The notes below the pieces were generated by a model that was given only the letters and a program-made list of their open reading frames with translations, had not been told where the DNA came from and did not search any database. The translations under genes and the position numbers were made by a program. Source: Nitrospira sp. UBA5699 (GTDB taxonomy: Bacteria > Nitrospirota > Nitrospiria > Nitrospirales > Nitrospiraceae). From it: DNA of 64,000 nt. How positions within the stretch are numbered: position 1 is the first letter of the stretch; each line of letters opens with the position of its first letter. The stretch is taken from assembly GCA_002420105.1 (NCBI GenBank), contig DIHJ01000038.1, positions 76,504-140,503 on the forward strand, written 5' to 3'. Below are positions 1-8,689 of this stretch, piece after piece.

Positions 1-3
1 GAG

Positions 4-840
4 GTGGGAGAGGCAGGCGAGGGTTCCTCTTGCCCCTTTCCTCGTGCCGCTAGCCTGGAGGTTTACATGGGCATGCAAGGGGATTTTTTTCAGCTGCTGA
101 AGGAGCAGGGTTATCAGTTCGGCGCGCCGGCGACGGCCGGATCGGATCTCGAGATGCCGAACGCCACGACGATTCTGGCGTTCAAGTATCGGGACGGGGT
201 TCTGGTGGCGGGAGACCGTCGCGCGACCGCCGGCAATATGGTCATGTACGACCGCACCGACAAGGTGCTCGAGATCGACCGCCACAGCGTGATGGCCATC
301 GCGGGCGTGCCGGCGACGGCCTACGAGATGGTGCGGGTGCTGGAACATTCGTTCAAGTACTATCGGCGGACCCAGCTTCAAGAATTGAGTTTCGAGGGCA
401 AGCTCCGGGCGGTGTCGAAGCTGTTGAAGGAAAACGTGGCGGCGGCCCTGGCGGGAACGGGAGCGGTCGCGCCCATCTTCGCCGGATACGATTTCGAGCA
501 GGAGTCGGCCAAGATTTATTTCTACGACATTCTCGGCGCGGAGTTCGAAGGGGTCGAGTACGCCGTGTCGGGATCCGGCTCCCCGACGATCCGGGGAATC
601 CTGCACTATCTCAATACGTGGGGCGAACAGCCGTTGAGCGCACTGTCCGAAGAGCAATCGACGGTGCAGGCCCTGCGGCTGCTGACGAGCGCGGCGGAGT
701 TCGACAGCGCGACCGGCGGCGTCAATCGCGAAGCCAACCTCTATCCCGTGATCAAGTTCATTACGGCGGGCGGAGTCCGCACCATGCCGGACGCGCAGCT
801 GAAACCGCTGTTCGAAGCAAAGGTCGTGCGCCATGTATGA
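4..840 (+). CDS. prcB: 20S proteasome beta subunit (long propeptide before the Thr nucleophile)
   Basis: The motif ATTILAFKYRDGVLVAGDRRAT is a typical mature N-terminus (Thr1) of an Ntn-hydrolase proteasome beta subunit. The gene overlaps prcA by 8 nt. The start is uncertain: GTG at 4, or ATG at 67 or 73. The window edge may hide upstream context such as pup. Confidence 0.85.
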   Translation: MGEAGEGSSCPFPRAASLEVYMGMQGDFFQLLKEQGYQFGAPATAGSDLEMPNATTILAFKYRDGVLVAGDRRATAGNMVMYDRTDKVLEIDRHSVMAIAGVPATAYEMVRVLEHSFKYYRRTQLQELSFEGKLRAVSKLLKENVAAALAGTGAVAPIFAGYDFEQESAKIYFYDILGAEFEGVEYAVSGSGSPTIRGILHYLNTWGEQPLSALSEEQSTVQALRLLTSAAEFDSATGGVNREANLYPVIKFITAGGVRTMPDAQLKPLFEAKVVRHV

Positions 841-1648
841 AGAACCGTACCGCTGGGTCGAAGCCGTCGGCAACCGCCGCCAATATCTCGACGAACAATT
901 CAAGCAGGGCAGCCCGGTCGTGGCGCTGGCCTACGAGCAAGGCATCGTGCTGCTGACGGTGAGCAAAGGAACGCCGAAGCTCTACGAGATCTATGACCGC
1001 CTGGCTCTCGGAGGGATGGGCCATCCGGCTGATCTGGAAAAGCTGCGCTTCAGTCTGTTGGAAATGGCCCATGTGGAAGGCTTCAACCGCTCGCCCTCGG
1101 ATGTCACCGGGAGCCGTATGGTGAAATACGGGATCGCGCCGGTGATCAAGCAGGCGTTCGAGGAGGTCTTCAAGGCGCCGTTCATCGTCAAGATCCTGCT
1201 GGCCGAGCTGGGCCCGAAAGCCGGCAGGGACGCGTTCCTCGTCATCAACTATGACGGGACCTTCGAGGAAGGCAGCGGCTGCGCCGTGGTCGCGGCGACG
1301 CGCCAGGTGGAGCAGGAGATGGCGACCTATCTGCGCGGGCAGTCTTCGATCCCCCTGCCGCTCGACCGGGCGGTCGGGGCGGCGCTCCGCGCCTGGGCCC
1401 TGGGCGATCGGGCTCAACGCCGCGCCGCCGAAGAAACGGGCGGGGGCGAGGAGACCAAGGCAGGAACACAGTCCGGCGCAGCCGATGCCGCAACTCTGGA
1501 TGCGCATTTCAGGCATGCGGCGGCGGAGAAGTCGGTCGAGTGCGCGGTCCTGGATCGAACTCAGCCTGGTTCATCGAAATACAGGACGTTGACCGTCGAG
1601 GAGCTGGGCCGACTGCTTCCCCCGGACGTCAACCTGTCTCTCGAATAA
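833..1648 (+). CDS. prcA: 20S proteasome alpha subunit
   Basis: The sequence has proteasome alpha-type features (YDRLALGGMGHPADLEKLR) and is translationally coupled to prcB through an ATGTATGA overlap. Confidence 0.85.
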   Translation: MYEEPYRWVEAVGNRRQYLDEQFKQGSPVVALAYEQGIVLLTVSKGTPKLYEIYDRLALGGMGHPADLEKLRFSLLEMAHVEGFNRSPSDVTGSRMVKYGIAPVIKQAFEEVFKAPFIVKILLAELGPKAGRDAFLVINYDGTFEEGSGCAVVAATRQVEQEMATYLRGQSSIPLPLDRAVGAALRAWALGDRAQRRAAEETGGGEETKAGTQSGAADAATLDAHFRHAAAEKSVECAVLDRTQPGSSKYRTLTVEELGRLLPPDVNLSLE

Positions 1649-1652
1649 CGCC

Positions 1653-3137
1653 ATGCTCAATCGCATCTTCGGGCTGGAAACGGAGTACGGGCTGCTGGTC
1701 CATCAGGACCGGCCCGACCATTCCCCCACCTGGTTCGCCCACAAGATCCGCGATCATCTGTTCCAGGTCCGCCGGCGGGGCGTGCTGGACCTGCACCATC
1801 GCGGGCACGACGAGCCGCCGGGGAACGGGGGGTTCCTGACCAATGCGGGCCGTATCTATCTCGATATGGGCCATCTCGAATACGCGTCGCCGGAATGCCA
1901 CTCGTTGACCGACGCCGTGGCGACCGATCGGGCGGGAGACGCCATTTTGCAGCAGGCGATCGAGGAGGCGGGCCTGGCCGATCACGTCTCGTTGATCAAG
2001 AACAACGTCGATCATGAGACCGACGCGACGTTCGGTTCTCATGAAAACTATCTGGTCTCCCGCCGGTTCCCGTTCACGCGCCGGGGCCTCGGCCCGCTCG
2101 TGACCTTCCTGGTGACGAGACAGATCTTTACCGGCTCCGGCCGGGTCGGCGCCGCCAGACCTCAGGACGCCTGGATCCAGATGGATCGGCTGATCGTGCC
2201 CCGGGCGGCGACGGGCCAGGGACCGGGCGGTCCGCACCTGCCGTTCCAAATTTCCCAGCGGGCCGATCACATCGTGAACGATTTTTTCGAGTGGGTGCAG
2301 CAGAACCGGGCGATCGTGAACACCAGAGACGAGCCGCTGGCCGATCCGAATCAGTACCGCCGGATCCATCTGTTGCTGGGCGATTCCAACATGGCGGAGT
2401 ATGCCACGGCGCTGAAGCTCGGAACGACCGGGTTGGTGTTGCAGCTGATCGAAGACGGAACGGCTCCGCGGGATCTCGACATCGTCGAACCGGTCGAGGC
2501 CCTGCAGGACATTTCCCAGGACCAGGATCGCCGGTGGCTGGTGCAACTGCACTCCGGGAAGACGATTTCCGCGATCGACATCCAGGAGCAGTTTCTCGAA
2601 GCGGCCGAACGCCGGTACCGGGGGCAGGATGAAGAAACGGACTGGGTGCTGCAGCAATGGCGCTCCGTGCTGCAGGATCTCCGCGGCGACTATGAGCGGC
2701 TCGTCGGGCGCGTGGACTGGGCGTCGAAGCTCTGGTTGCTGGAGTCGTTCCGCGAGGCGGAAAAGCTGGATTGGTCCGATCCGATGCTCAAGAGCCTCGA
2801 CCTGGAATACCACAATCTGCATCCGGGCAAGGGGCTCTATTACGGATTGATGGAGGAGGGCCGGGTTCCGCGCCTGATCACCGACAAAGCCATCGCCCTG
2901 GCCACCGAGCATCCGCCGCGCAATACCCGGGCATTCGGGCGGGGAGAACTTGTCCGTCATCTCCTGGCCTGCGGGTCGCCTCCGGAGGCGGAGCATTCGA
3001 AGCCGGACGAGCGCTACTTTCCTTCCTACGTCATCAACTGGTCGATCTTTCAACTGCGCGGACAGGCGCCGTTTCCCATGCCGGATCCTTTCCGGACATA
3101 TGTGCAAGAGGTTCGCGACCATCTGTCGCTCGCCTGA
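1653..3137 (+). CDS. Pup ligase / depupylase family protein (PafA/Dop family, paralog not resolved)
   Basis: The N-terminus (IFGLETEYG), FLTNAGRIYLDMGHLEYASPEC, GSHENYL, TGSGRVG, NTRDEPLAD and HPPRNTRA blocks match the carboxylate-amine ligase fold of PafA/Dop. The gene sits 4 nt after prcA. Confidence 0.8.
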   Translation: MLNRIFGLETEYGLLVHQDRPDHSPTWFAHKIRDHLFQVRRRGVLDLHHRGHDEPPGNGGFLTNAGRIYLDMGHLEYASPECHSLTDAVATDRAGDAILQQAIEEAGLADHVSLIKNNVDHETDATFGSHENYLVSRRFPFTRRGLGPLVTFLVTRQIFTGSGRVGAARPQDAWIQMDRLIVPRAATGQGPGGPHLPFQISQRADHIVNDFFEWVQQNRAIVNTRDEPLADPNQYRRIHLLLGDSNMAEYATALKLGTTGLVLQLIEDGTAPRDLDIVEPVEALQDISQDQDRRWLVQLHSGKTISAIDIQEQFLEAAERRYRGQDEETDWVLQQWRSVLQDLRGDYERLVGRVDWASKLWLLESFREAEKLDWSDPMLKSLDLEYHNLHPGKGLYYGLMEEGRVPRLITDKAIALATEHPPRNTRAFGRGELVRHLLACGSPPEAEHSKPDERYFPSYVINWSIFQLRGQAPFPMPDPFRTYVQEVRDHLSLA

Positions 3138-3275
3138 TCCGGCCGTGCAATTCTCCGGATTCCTCTCCGGATTCGCTTCTCCAACTCGTTGATTAAAGGC
3201 CTGAAAAGATGAAAATGCTATGCTTTTCCATGGCTCAGCCGGAGTGCGAACGATCAGGGCTGAAGGGAGGTTCCT

Positions 3276-3737
3276 ATGAAGGCGCGTCAATGGATGATGC
3301 AATACGGAGTGGCCGTGATCCTGGCTGCGTGCTTTGCCGCGGCGTTGGGACACCTGCCGCTGTTCCGCGGCACGACCGTCGGCAAGCTGCACGCGTCCGA
3401 TCTGGTTCAATTTCTCGGATACGGCGGCGCCATGGTCGTCGCCTGGTTCGGCGCCCGCGAGTTGGCGGCCGAACCGCCGGAAGACTGGAAGTGGTTGATG
3501 CCCTACCGGGCGCTGGTGCTTCCGGTCGTGACGCTGCTGATGACGGCTCTGGCCTATGGCGTGCTGCTCTACGTCTGCGAACCGTTCCTCGGCAAGGCGG
3601 GGAAGGGGGTGTACAACTGGATCTTCGTCATCGGCATCGTGAGCGCCAGCGTGTGGCTCATCCTCACCTGGGTGCAGAAATGCGCGCCTCACGCCGCGGT
3701 TGCGGGTTCGCGCCGAGTGAAAAAGCAAGCGGCCTAG
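3276..3737 (+). CDS. Hypothetical integral membrane protein (about 4 TM helices)
   Basis: A GGGAGG RBS lies 6 nt upstream of the ATG, and the protein has four hydrophobic stretches. No recognisable family. Confidence 0.5.
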   Translation: MKARQWMMQYGVAVILAACFAAALGHLPLFRGTTVGKLHASDLVQFLGYGGAMVVAWFGARELAAEPPEDWKWLMPYRALVLPVVTLLMTALAYGVLLYVCEPFLGKAGKGVYNWIFVIGIVSASVWLILTWVQKCAPHAAVAGSRRVKKQAA

Positions 3738-3753
3738 ACCGGTTCTGCCCGCC

Positions 3754-3787
3754 GGCTGCCTCGCGCTGCGGGGCAGCCCCCTTTTCC
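3754..3787. terminator. GC hairpin between convergent genes (candidate intrinsic terminator)
   Basis: GGCTGCC (3754-3760) pairs with GGCAGCC (3772-3778) and is followed by CCCTTTTCC. Confidence 0.35.
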
Positions 3788-3789
3788 CG

Positions 3790-4794
3790 TCACCGCCGAT
3801 TACTCACGATCTCAACGATGCGGTTCTCCGCCCAATAACGGTCTTCGTTCGCCCGCCGCCGCTGAAAAAATCCGCAATGACCTCCCTGCGGGGGCGCGAT
3901 CAGCCTGATGCGGGAATTCCGCCTGATGGCGGGATGAGAGAAGATCGGGAACGGGATGAACGGATCGTCCTGGGCGGTAATGATGGTTGTCGGCACGGTG
4001 ATCGCGTCGAGGACATGCCGCGACCCCGCACGGTCATAGTAGTCGGCGGCGTTCTTATAGCCGCCGTCCGGTGCGGTATAGCGGTCGTCGAATTCGCTGA
4101 TCCGTACGATGCCGTCGAGACCGGCGAGATCCCATCTGCCGGGAGAGAGCGCCGCCTTGCGACGCAGGCGCGCCTTGAGGCTGGTGAGGAAGTGCCGGTG
4201 ATAGAGCCAGTTGCGGGGTGCTTCCAGCGCGGTGACGCACGGCGTCGGATCGATATTCGGACAGACGGCGACGGCTCCGGCCAGGGCTGACTCCGTCCGG
4301 CCCAATTCGCCCGCCGCCTTGAGTATGAGATTGCCTCCCATCGAATAGCCGACCAGCCAGATCCGCTCCGCCCGATCGACGCGCGTCAGTTCCTGAACGA
4401 CCACCCGATAATCCTCGCTGAGCCCGCTGTTGTAGAGCGTCGGCGTGAGGTGTTCCGTCCCGCCGCAGGTCCGCTGGTTCATGCGAACGACGTTCAGGCC
4501 CGCGCGGTAGGCTTTCGACGCGATTCCGAGCATGTAATGCGATTCGCTGCATCCTTCGAGCCCGTGCACCAGCACCAAAGTCTGGGCCGATCGACGGTCC
4601 GGCTGCCAGTGGCAATAGCCGAGGAGCTGTGTATCCGGTGCCGTGGCGAAAAGACGGGGTTCGACCGGTACGCCGGTCAAGAGGTTCACCCGGAACCAGT
4701 AACCGGGGATGACCGTCATGAGATGAGAATTGCGAAGGAAGCGTGCCGGCTCGAAGTGTGCTCGTGCAGACGTCATGGCGCTCATCATAACCAA
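3790..4794 (-). CDS. Alpha/beta-fold hydrolase (YheT/ABHD-like)
   Basis: The protein has the GYSMGGN nucleophile elbow (GxSxG), an HGLEG block and a C-terminal GGHCGF His region. Confidence 0.75.
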   Translation of the reverse strand: MVMMSAMTSARAHFEPARFLRNSHLMTVIPGYWFRVNLLTGVPVEPRLFATAPDTQLLGYCHWQPDRRSAQTLVLVHGLEGCSESHYMLGIASKAYRAGLNVVRMNQRTCGGTEHLTPTLYNSGLSEDYRVVVQELTRVDRAERIWLVGYSMGGNLILKAAGELGRTESALAGAVAVCPNIDPTPCVTALEAPRNWLYHRHFLTSLKARLRRKAALSPGRWDLAGLDGIVRISEFDDRYTAPDGGYKNAADYYDRAGSRHVLDAITVPTTIITAQDDPFIPFPIFSHPAIRRNSRIRLIAPPQGGHCGFFQRRRANEDRYWAENRIVEIVSNRR

Positions 4795-4987
4795 AAGTCC
4801 CCGTTCTCCCTACCGACAAATGCGTCGCAACCAGTCCGCCACAGGCTGAGGCAGGTTGGATGGATTCCCCGACGATTTTCAAGAACAGTGGGAAATCGCC
4901 GGCTGTAAATTCAATGACTTAGGATGCATCTCCTCTGTGAGCAATGGCACTGGGATTGCACTCTGCGCCATACCCTTTCTTAAGACT

Positions 4988-7900
4988 ATGACACCATCAC
5001 TTCTCAGACGCGAAAAGTTCGTCACCAGACTGTCGCTCGCCGTGACCGGCGCCGCGGCGCTCCTGTTGGCCTGGTCCGTCGGGACCGTGGCCGGCACTGC
5101 GGCCGATGAAGGGCGATCGCTCGCGGTGGCAGAGGCCATCCTGTTCGGCCTGTTGGCGGGGTTCCTCGTGTACGGGAACGCCTGCTACCAGGTGGCCAGG
5201 CTGGGATATCTGTCTCGTCTCGGCCGGCATCAAGCGCGCTGCGAGAACGACGACGCGCCCGAGAGGGAAGGCCCGGCTCCCGGCCTTACCCTGTTGGTCC
5301 CCTCGTACAAAGAAGAAATCGACGTGATCCGGCAGACGCTCTGGTCTGCGGCGCTGCAAACCTATCCGAACAAGCGACTGGTTCTGCTCCTCGACGATCC
5401 TCCCCAGCCGAAAACTCCGGAAGACCGTGAAGCGCTTCTTGCCGCCAGGGCGCTGCCTGCGACCATGCAGGCGGCGCTGGACGCACCGCGACGAGTGCTG
5501 GCCGAGGCCCGCGCGGAATTCGACGGGCGTCGCAGCGGCGGCTCCGTGAATCTTTTCAGAGAATGCGCCGAATTGGCCGACTGCTATCGGCGGGTGGCCG
5601 ACTGGTTTTCGTTCCAGGCGAAACACTCTTCTACGGGAACCCATACCGACGTCTGGTTCGCCGAGCACATCTTCGGCCGGCCGGCCGAGGCTTATCTGGA
5701 ACAGGCCGCGCAATGGGCTCAGAGGAGAAAGCGTATCGCCGACTTCCACGCCGATGCGCTCGCGGCCGAAATCGAACGGGCGTATGCCGCGCTGGCCGGT
5801 CGTTTTCAGGTGGAGATCGAAGTGTTTGAGCGGAAGCGGTACCGGAATCTTTCCCATGAGCCGAACAAGGCGATGAACCTGAACAGCTATCTGGGGCTCA
5901 TGGGGAGGCGGGTGCGCGTCGTCGAAGAAAGCGGTCACCTCACCCTTTCGGAGACGGCGGAGGTCGAGCAGAGCCGGGTGATCCCGGAGAGCCCCTACGT
6001 GATCACGCTCGATGCGGACAGCCTGCTGCTGCCCGATTACGCCGAACGTCTGATCCGGATCATGGAACGGCCGGGGAACGAACGGATGGCGGTCGCGCAG
6101 ACCCCCTACAGCGCCTTCCCCAATGCGCCGGGCCCGCTGGAACGAACGGCCGGCGCGACGACGGATATTCAGTATCTGGTTCATCAGGGCTTTACCGAGT
6201 ACGGTGCCACGTTCTGGGTGGGCGCGAACGCGCTGCTCCGGAAAACGGCGCTGGACGAGATCTGTGTCGAAGAACCGGCCGGCGGCGGAATCATTCGCCG
6301 GTACATCCAGGACCGGACCGTGATCGAGGATACCGAATCGACCGTGGACCTCGTCGCCAAGGGCTGGACTCTGTTCAACCACCCCGAGCGGTTGGCCTAC
6401 AGCGCCACGCCCCCCGATTTCGGATCCTTGATCATTCAACGCGCGCGCTGGGCCAACGGCGGCCTGATCATTTTCCCCAAGCTGCTGTCCTTCCTGCGCC
6501 GGGCGCCGAAGACCGCGGCGACGGCGGTGCAGGGCTTGTTGCAGACCCATTACCTGACGTCGCTCGCGATGGCTCCGCTCAGCGTGCTGCTGCTCCTGGT
6601 CATTCCCTTTTCGTCGGAATTGATGACGGTCTGGATGCCGTTGGCCGCGCTGCCGTATTTTGCCCTCTACGCGCGCGATCTCTCATTGAACCGGTACCGG
6701 CCGGGGCGGGATCTCCTGCGCGTGTACGCGCTGAATTTGTTGCTCATCCCGATTCACCTCGGCGGAGCGTTGAAGTCGCTTCAGCAGGCGGTCACGGGCG
6801 GCAAGATTCCGTTCAAGCGCACGCCCAAGGTCGCCGGCCGGACCGGTACGCCGGCGCTGTACCTGCTTCTGGAGTACGGACTGATGCTGGGCAGCCTCGC
6901 CCTTGCCGCGGGGTACGGCGCGAGCGGCCGTTGGATCTCCGCGACGTTTGCCTTGCTCAACGCCGCGCTCATGCTGTACGGTATCCGTCAGTTTGTCGGG
7001 TTTGCCGAAAGCGCGGAGGACATCCGCGCAAGCTGGTTGCTGAGGTGGAGAGGCATGCAGGAGAGCCTGTCTTCCCTTGCGGTGACACGGTCGGTCAACC
7101 GGCTGCTCGCGGACTCGATCCAATCCCTCCAACGGCTGCTTCCCCGCACATCCCCTTCGCGGTTTTTTTCGATTCCGCTTGTCTGGTGGTGCGTGGCGCT
7201 GGTCGAAGTGCTGGCGCCGGCGGGGGTACTGGGCGGGGATGGCGCGTCGCCCAATCCGATTGTGCTCGAAAACCGGAAGAGCGGAACGACGTCGTGGATC
7301 ATTTCGACACCGGCCCGACGTCACGAAATCGAAGGGTATGCGTCGGCCACGAGCGTCAACCGGGGAGACTCGATCAAACTGTTCGTGCACACGGAGGCGC
7401 CGGCCTATGTGGCGACAATTTACCGCATGGGCTGGTACGGAGGCGCCGGAGCCCGGGAAGTCGTCGCCCCGTTGAGACTGGAGGGGCGTCGCCAGCCGCC
7501 GCCCGTCGTCGATGCGACGACAGGGCTGGTGGAATGCCGATGGGAAAACCCGATCGTCCTGCACATTCCCGCTCAGGGACCCGATGCCGCCGACTGGTTG
7601 TCGGGCGTCTATCTGACCAAACTGACGGCCGAGCCGACGGGAGAGAGCAGCTACATCCTGTTCGTCGTCCGTGACGACGCGCGGCCTTCCGACTTCCTGT
7701 ATCAGTCGAGCGTCACGACGTTTCAGGCCTACAACAACTGGGGCGGCAAGTCGCTCTATGACTACAACAGCGAGCAGGGCGGGGCCGTCATGGTGTCCTT
7801 CGACCGCCCGTACGCCATCGGGCGGGAGCCCGTGGACGCGCTATCCGTCGGTGCGGGCGCGTTCCTCCAGGGGTGGGAATACAACATGGTGCGGTGGCTG

Positions 7901-8689
7901 GAGCGGGAGGGTTACGACGTCACCTATGCGACCAATCTCGACGTCCATCGCGACCCCGCGCTGCTGTCGTCCCATCGGGCGTTTCTCTCTGTGGGACACG
8001 ATGAGTACTGGACCGGCCGGATGCGCCGTCATGTCGAGCAGGCGCGCGATCGGGGAGTCCATCTGGCGTTCTTCTCCGCCAACACCTGCTATTGGCAGAT
8101 CCGCCTGATGCCGAGCCGGCTGACCGGCGTGCCGGACCGGATCATCGTGGCGTACAAGGGCAAGGCTCCCTGGCAGGATCCCGTACTGTTCGACGGAGAT
8201 CCGGCCAACGACCGCCTCGCGACGACGAGATGGCGCTCGGCTCCGGTCAATCAACCGGAAGCCGCTCTTCTCGGCGGGATGTATCTGGAGGGCGAAGAGG
8301 CTGTGGACGGCAATCTGGTCGTGGTCAACTCATCCCATTGGATGATGAACGGGACCGGGCTCAAGCAGGGAGACGTCCTGCCCGGTTTGCTGGGGTACGA
8401 AGTGGACGGCGAGGATAGCACCTCTCCGCCGAACCGGGTCGTGCTGACCCGCTCGCCCGTCGGATCCCGCATGGCGACCTCGACGCTGTACGAGGCAGCC
8501 AGCGGCGCGCTCGTATTCAACTCCGGATCGATGCAGTGGATCTGGGGGCTCGACGATTTCCACGTGGACGGGCGGGGCGAGCCCCGGACGCATCCGGGGC
8601 TGCAGCAGATGACGCGGAACCTTCTCAGCCGGCTGGGGCAGCCGGTTTCATCGGTCCTGGCACAGGGGCGATCCGGCGATGGCAGATAG
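4988..8689 (+). CDS. Membrane glycosyltransferase family 2 (cellulose-synthase-like) fused to a C-terminal N,N-dimethylformamidase-large-subunit-like domain
   Basis: Two N-terminal TM helices are followed by a GT2 core with DAD (6011-6019), IEDTES (ED at 6326-6331) and QRARW (6437-6451). About 6 TM segments follow, then a roughly 480-aa soluble domain from about 7250 with FQAYNNWGG and GHDEYW (7994-8011). The ORF opens at 4856, but the ATG at 4988 directly precedes the first TM. Confidence 0.8.
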   Translation: MTPSLLRREKFVTRLSLAVTGAAALLLAWSVGTVAGTAADEGRSLAVAEAILFGLLAGFLVYGNACYQVARLGYLSRLGRHQARCENDDAPEREGPAPGLTLLVPSYKEEIDVIRQTLWSAALQTYPNKRLVLLLDDPPQPKTPEDREALLAARALPATMQAALDAPRRVLAEARAEFDGRRSGGSVNLFRECAELADCYRRVADWFSFQAKHSSTGTHTDVWFAEHIFGRPAEAYLEQAAQWAQRRKRIADFHADALAAEIERAYAALAGRFQVEIEVFERKRYRNLSHEPNKAMNLNSYLGLMGRRVRVVEESGHLTLSETAEVEQSRVIPESPYVITLDADSLLLPDYAERLIRIMERPGNERMAVAQTPYSAFPNAPGPLERTAGATTDIQYLVHQGFTEYGATFWVGANALLRKTALDEICVEEPAGGGIIRRYIQDRTVIEDTESTVDLVAKGWTLFNHPERLAYSATPPDFGSLIIQRARWANGGLIIFPKLLSFLRRAPKTAATAVQGLLQTHYLTSLAMAPLSVLLLLVIPFSSELMTVWMPLAALPYFALYARDLSLNRYRPGRDLLRVYALNLLLIPIHLGGALKSLQQAVTGGKIPFKRTPKVAGRTGTPALYLLLEYGLMLGSLALAAGYGASGRWISATFALLNAALMLYGIRQFVGFAESAEDIRASWLLRWRGMQESLSSLAVTRSVNRLLADSIQSLQRLLPRTSPSRFFSIPLVWWCVALVEVLAPAGVLGGDGASPNPIVLENRKSGTTSWIISTPARRHEIEGYASATSVNRGDSIKLFVHTEAPAYVATIYRMGWYGGAGAREVVAPLRLEGRRQPPPVVDATTGLVECRWENPIVLHIPAQGPDAADWLSGVYLTKLTAEPTGESSYILFVVRDDARPSDFLYQSSVTTFQAYNNWGGKSLYDYNSEQGGAVMVSFDRPYAIGREPVDALSVGAGAFLQGWEYNMVRWLEREGYDVTYATNLDVHRDPALLSSHRAFLSVGHDEYWTGRMRRHVEQARDRGVHLAFFSANTCYWQIRLMPSRLTGVPDRIIVAYKGKAPWQDPVLFDGDPANDRLATTRWRSAPVNQPEAALLGGMYLEGEEAVDGNLVVVNSSHWMMNGTGLKQGDVLPGLLGYEVDGEDSTSPPNRVVLTRSPVGSRMATSTLYEAASGALVFNSGSMQWIWGLDDFHVDGRGEPRTHPGLQQMTRNLLSRLGQPVSSVLAQGRSGDGR

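Noticed and set aside
1629-3728. A 699-aa minus-strand ORF opposite the PafA/Dop gene.
   Set aside because: It has no recognisable motifs and an Arg/Pro/Gly-rich composition. It is fully antisense to a well-supported gene. The same reasoning applies to the long antisense ORFs at 4997-6550, 17943-19508, 23336-24892, 29823-31607, 31499-33460, 37614-39842, 42493-44511, 44690-45979, 57604-58959 and 60674-63115.
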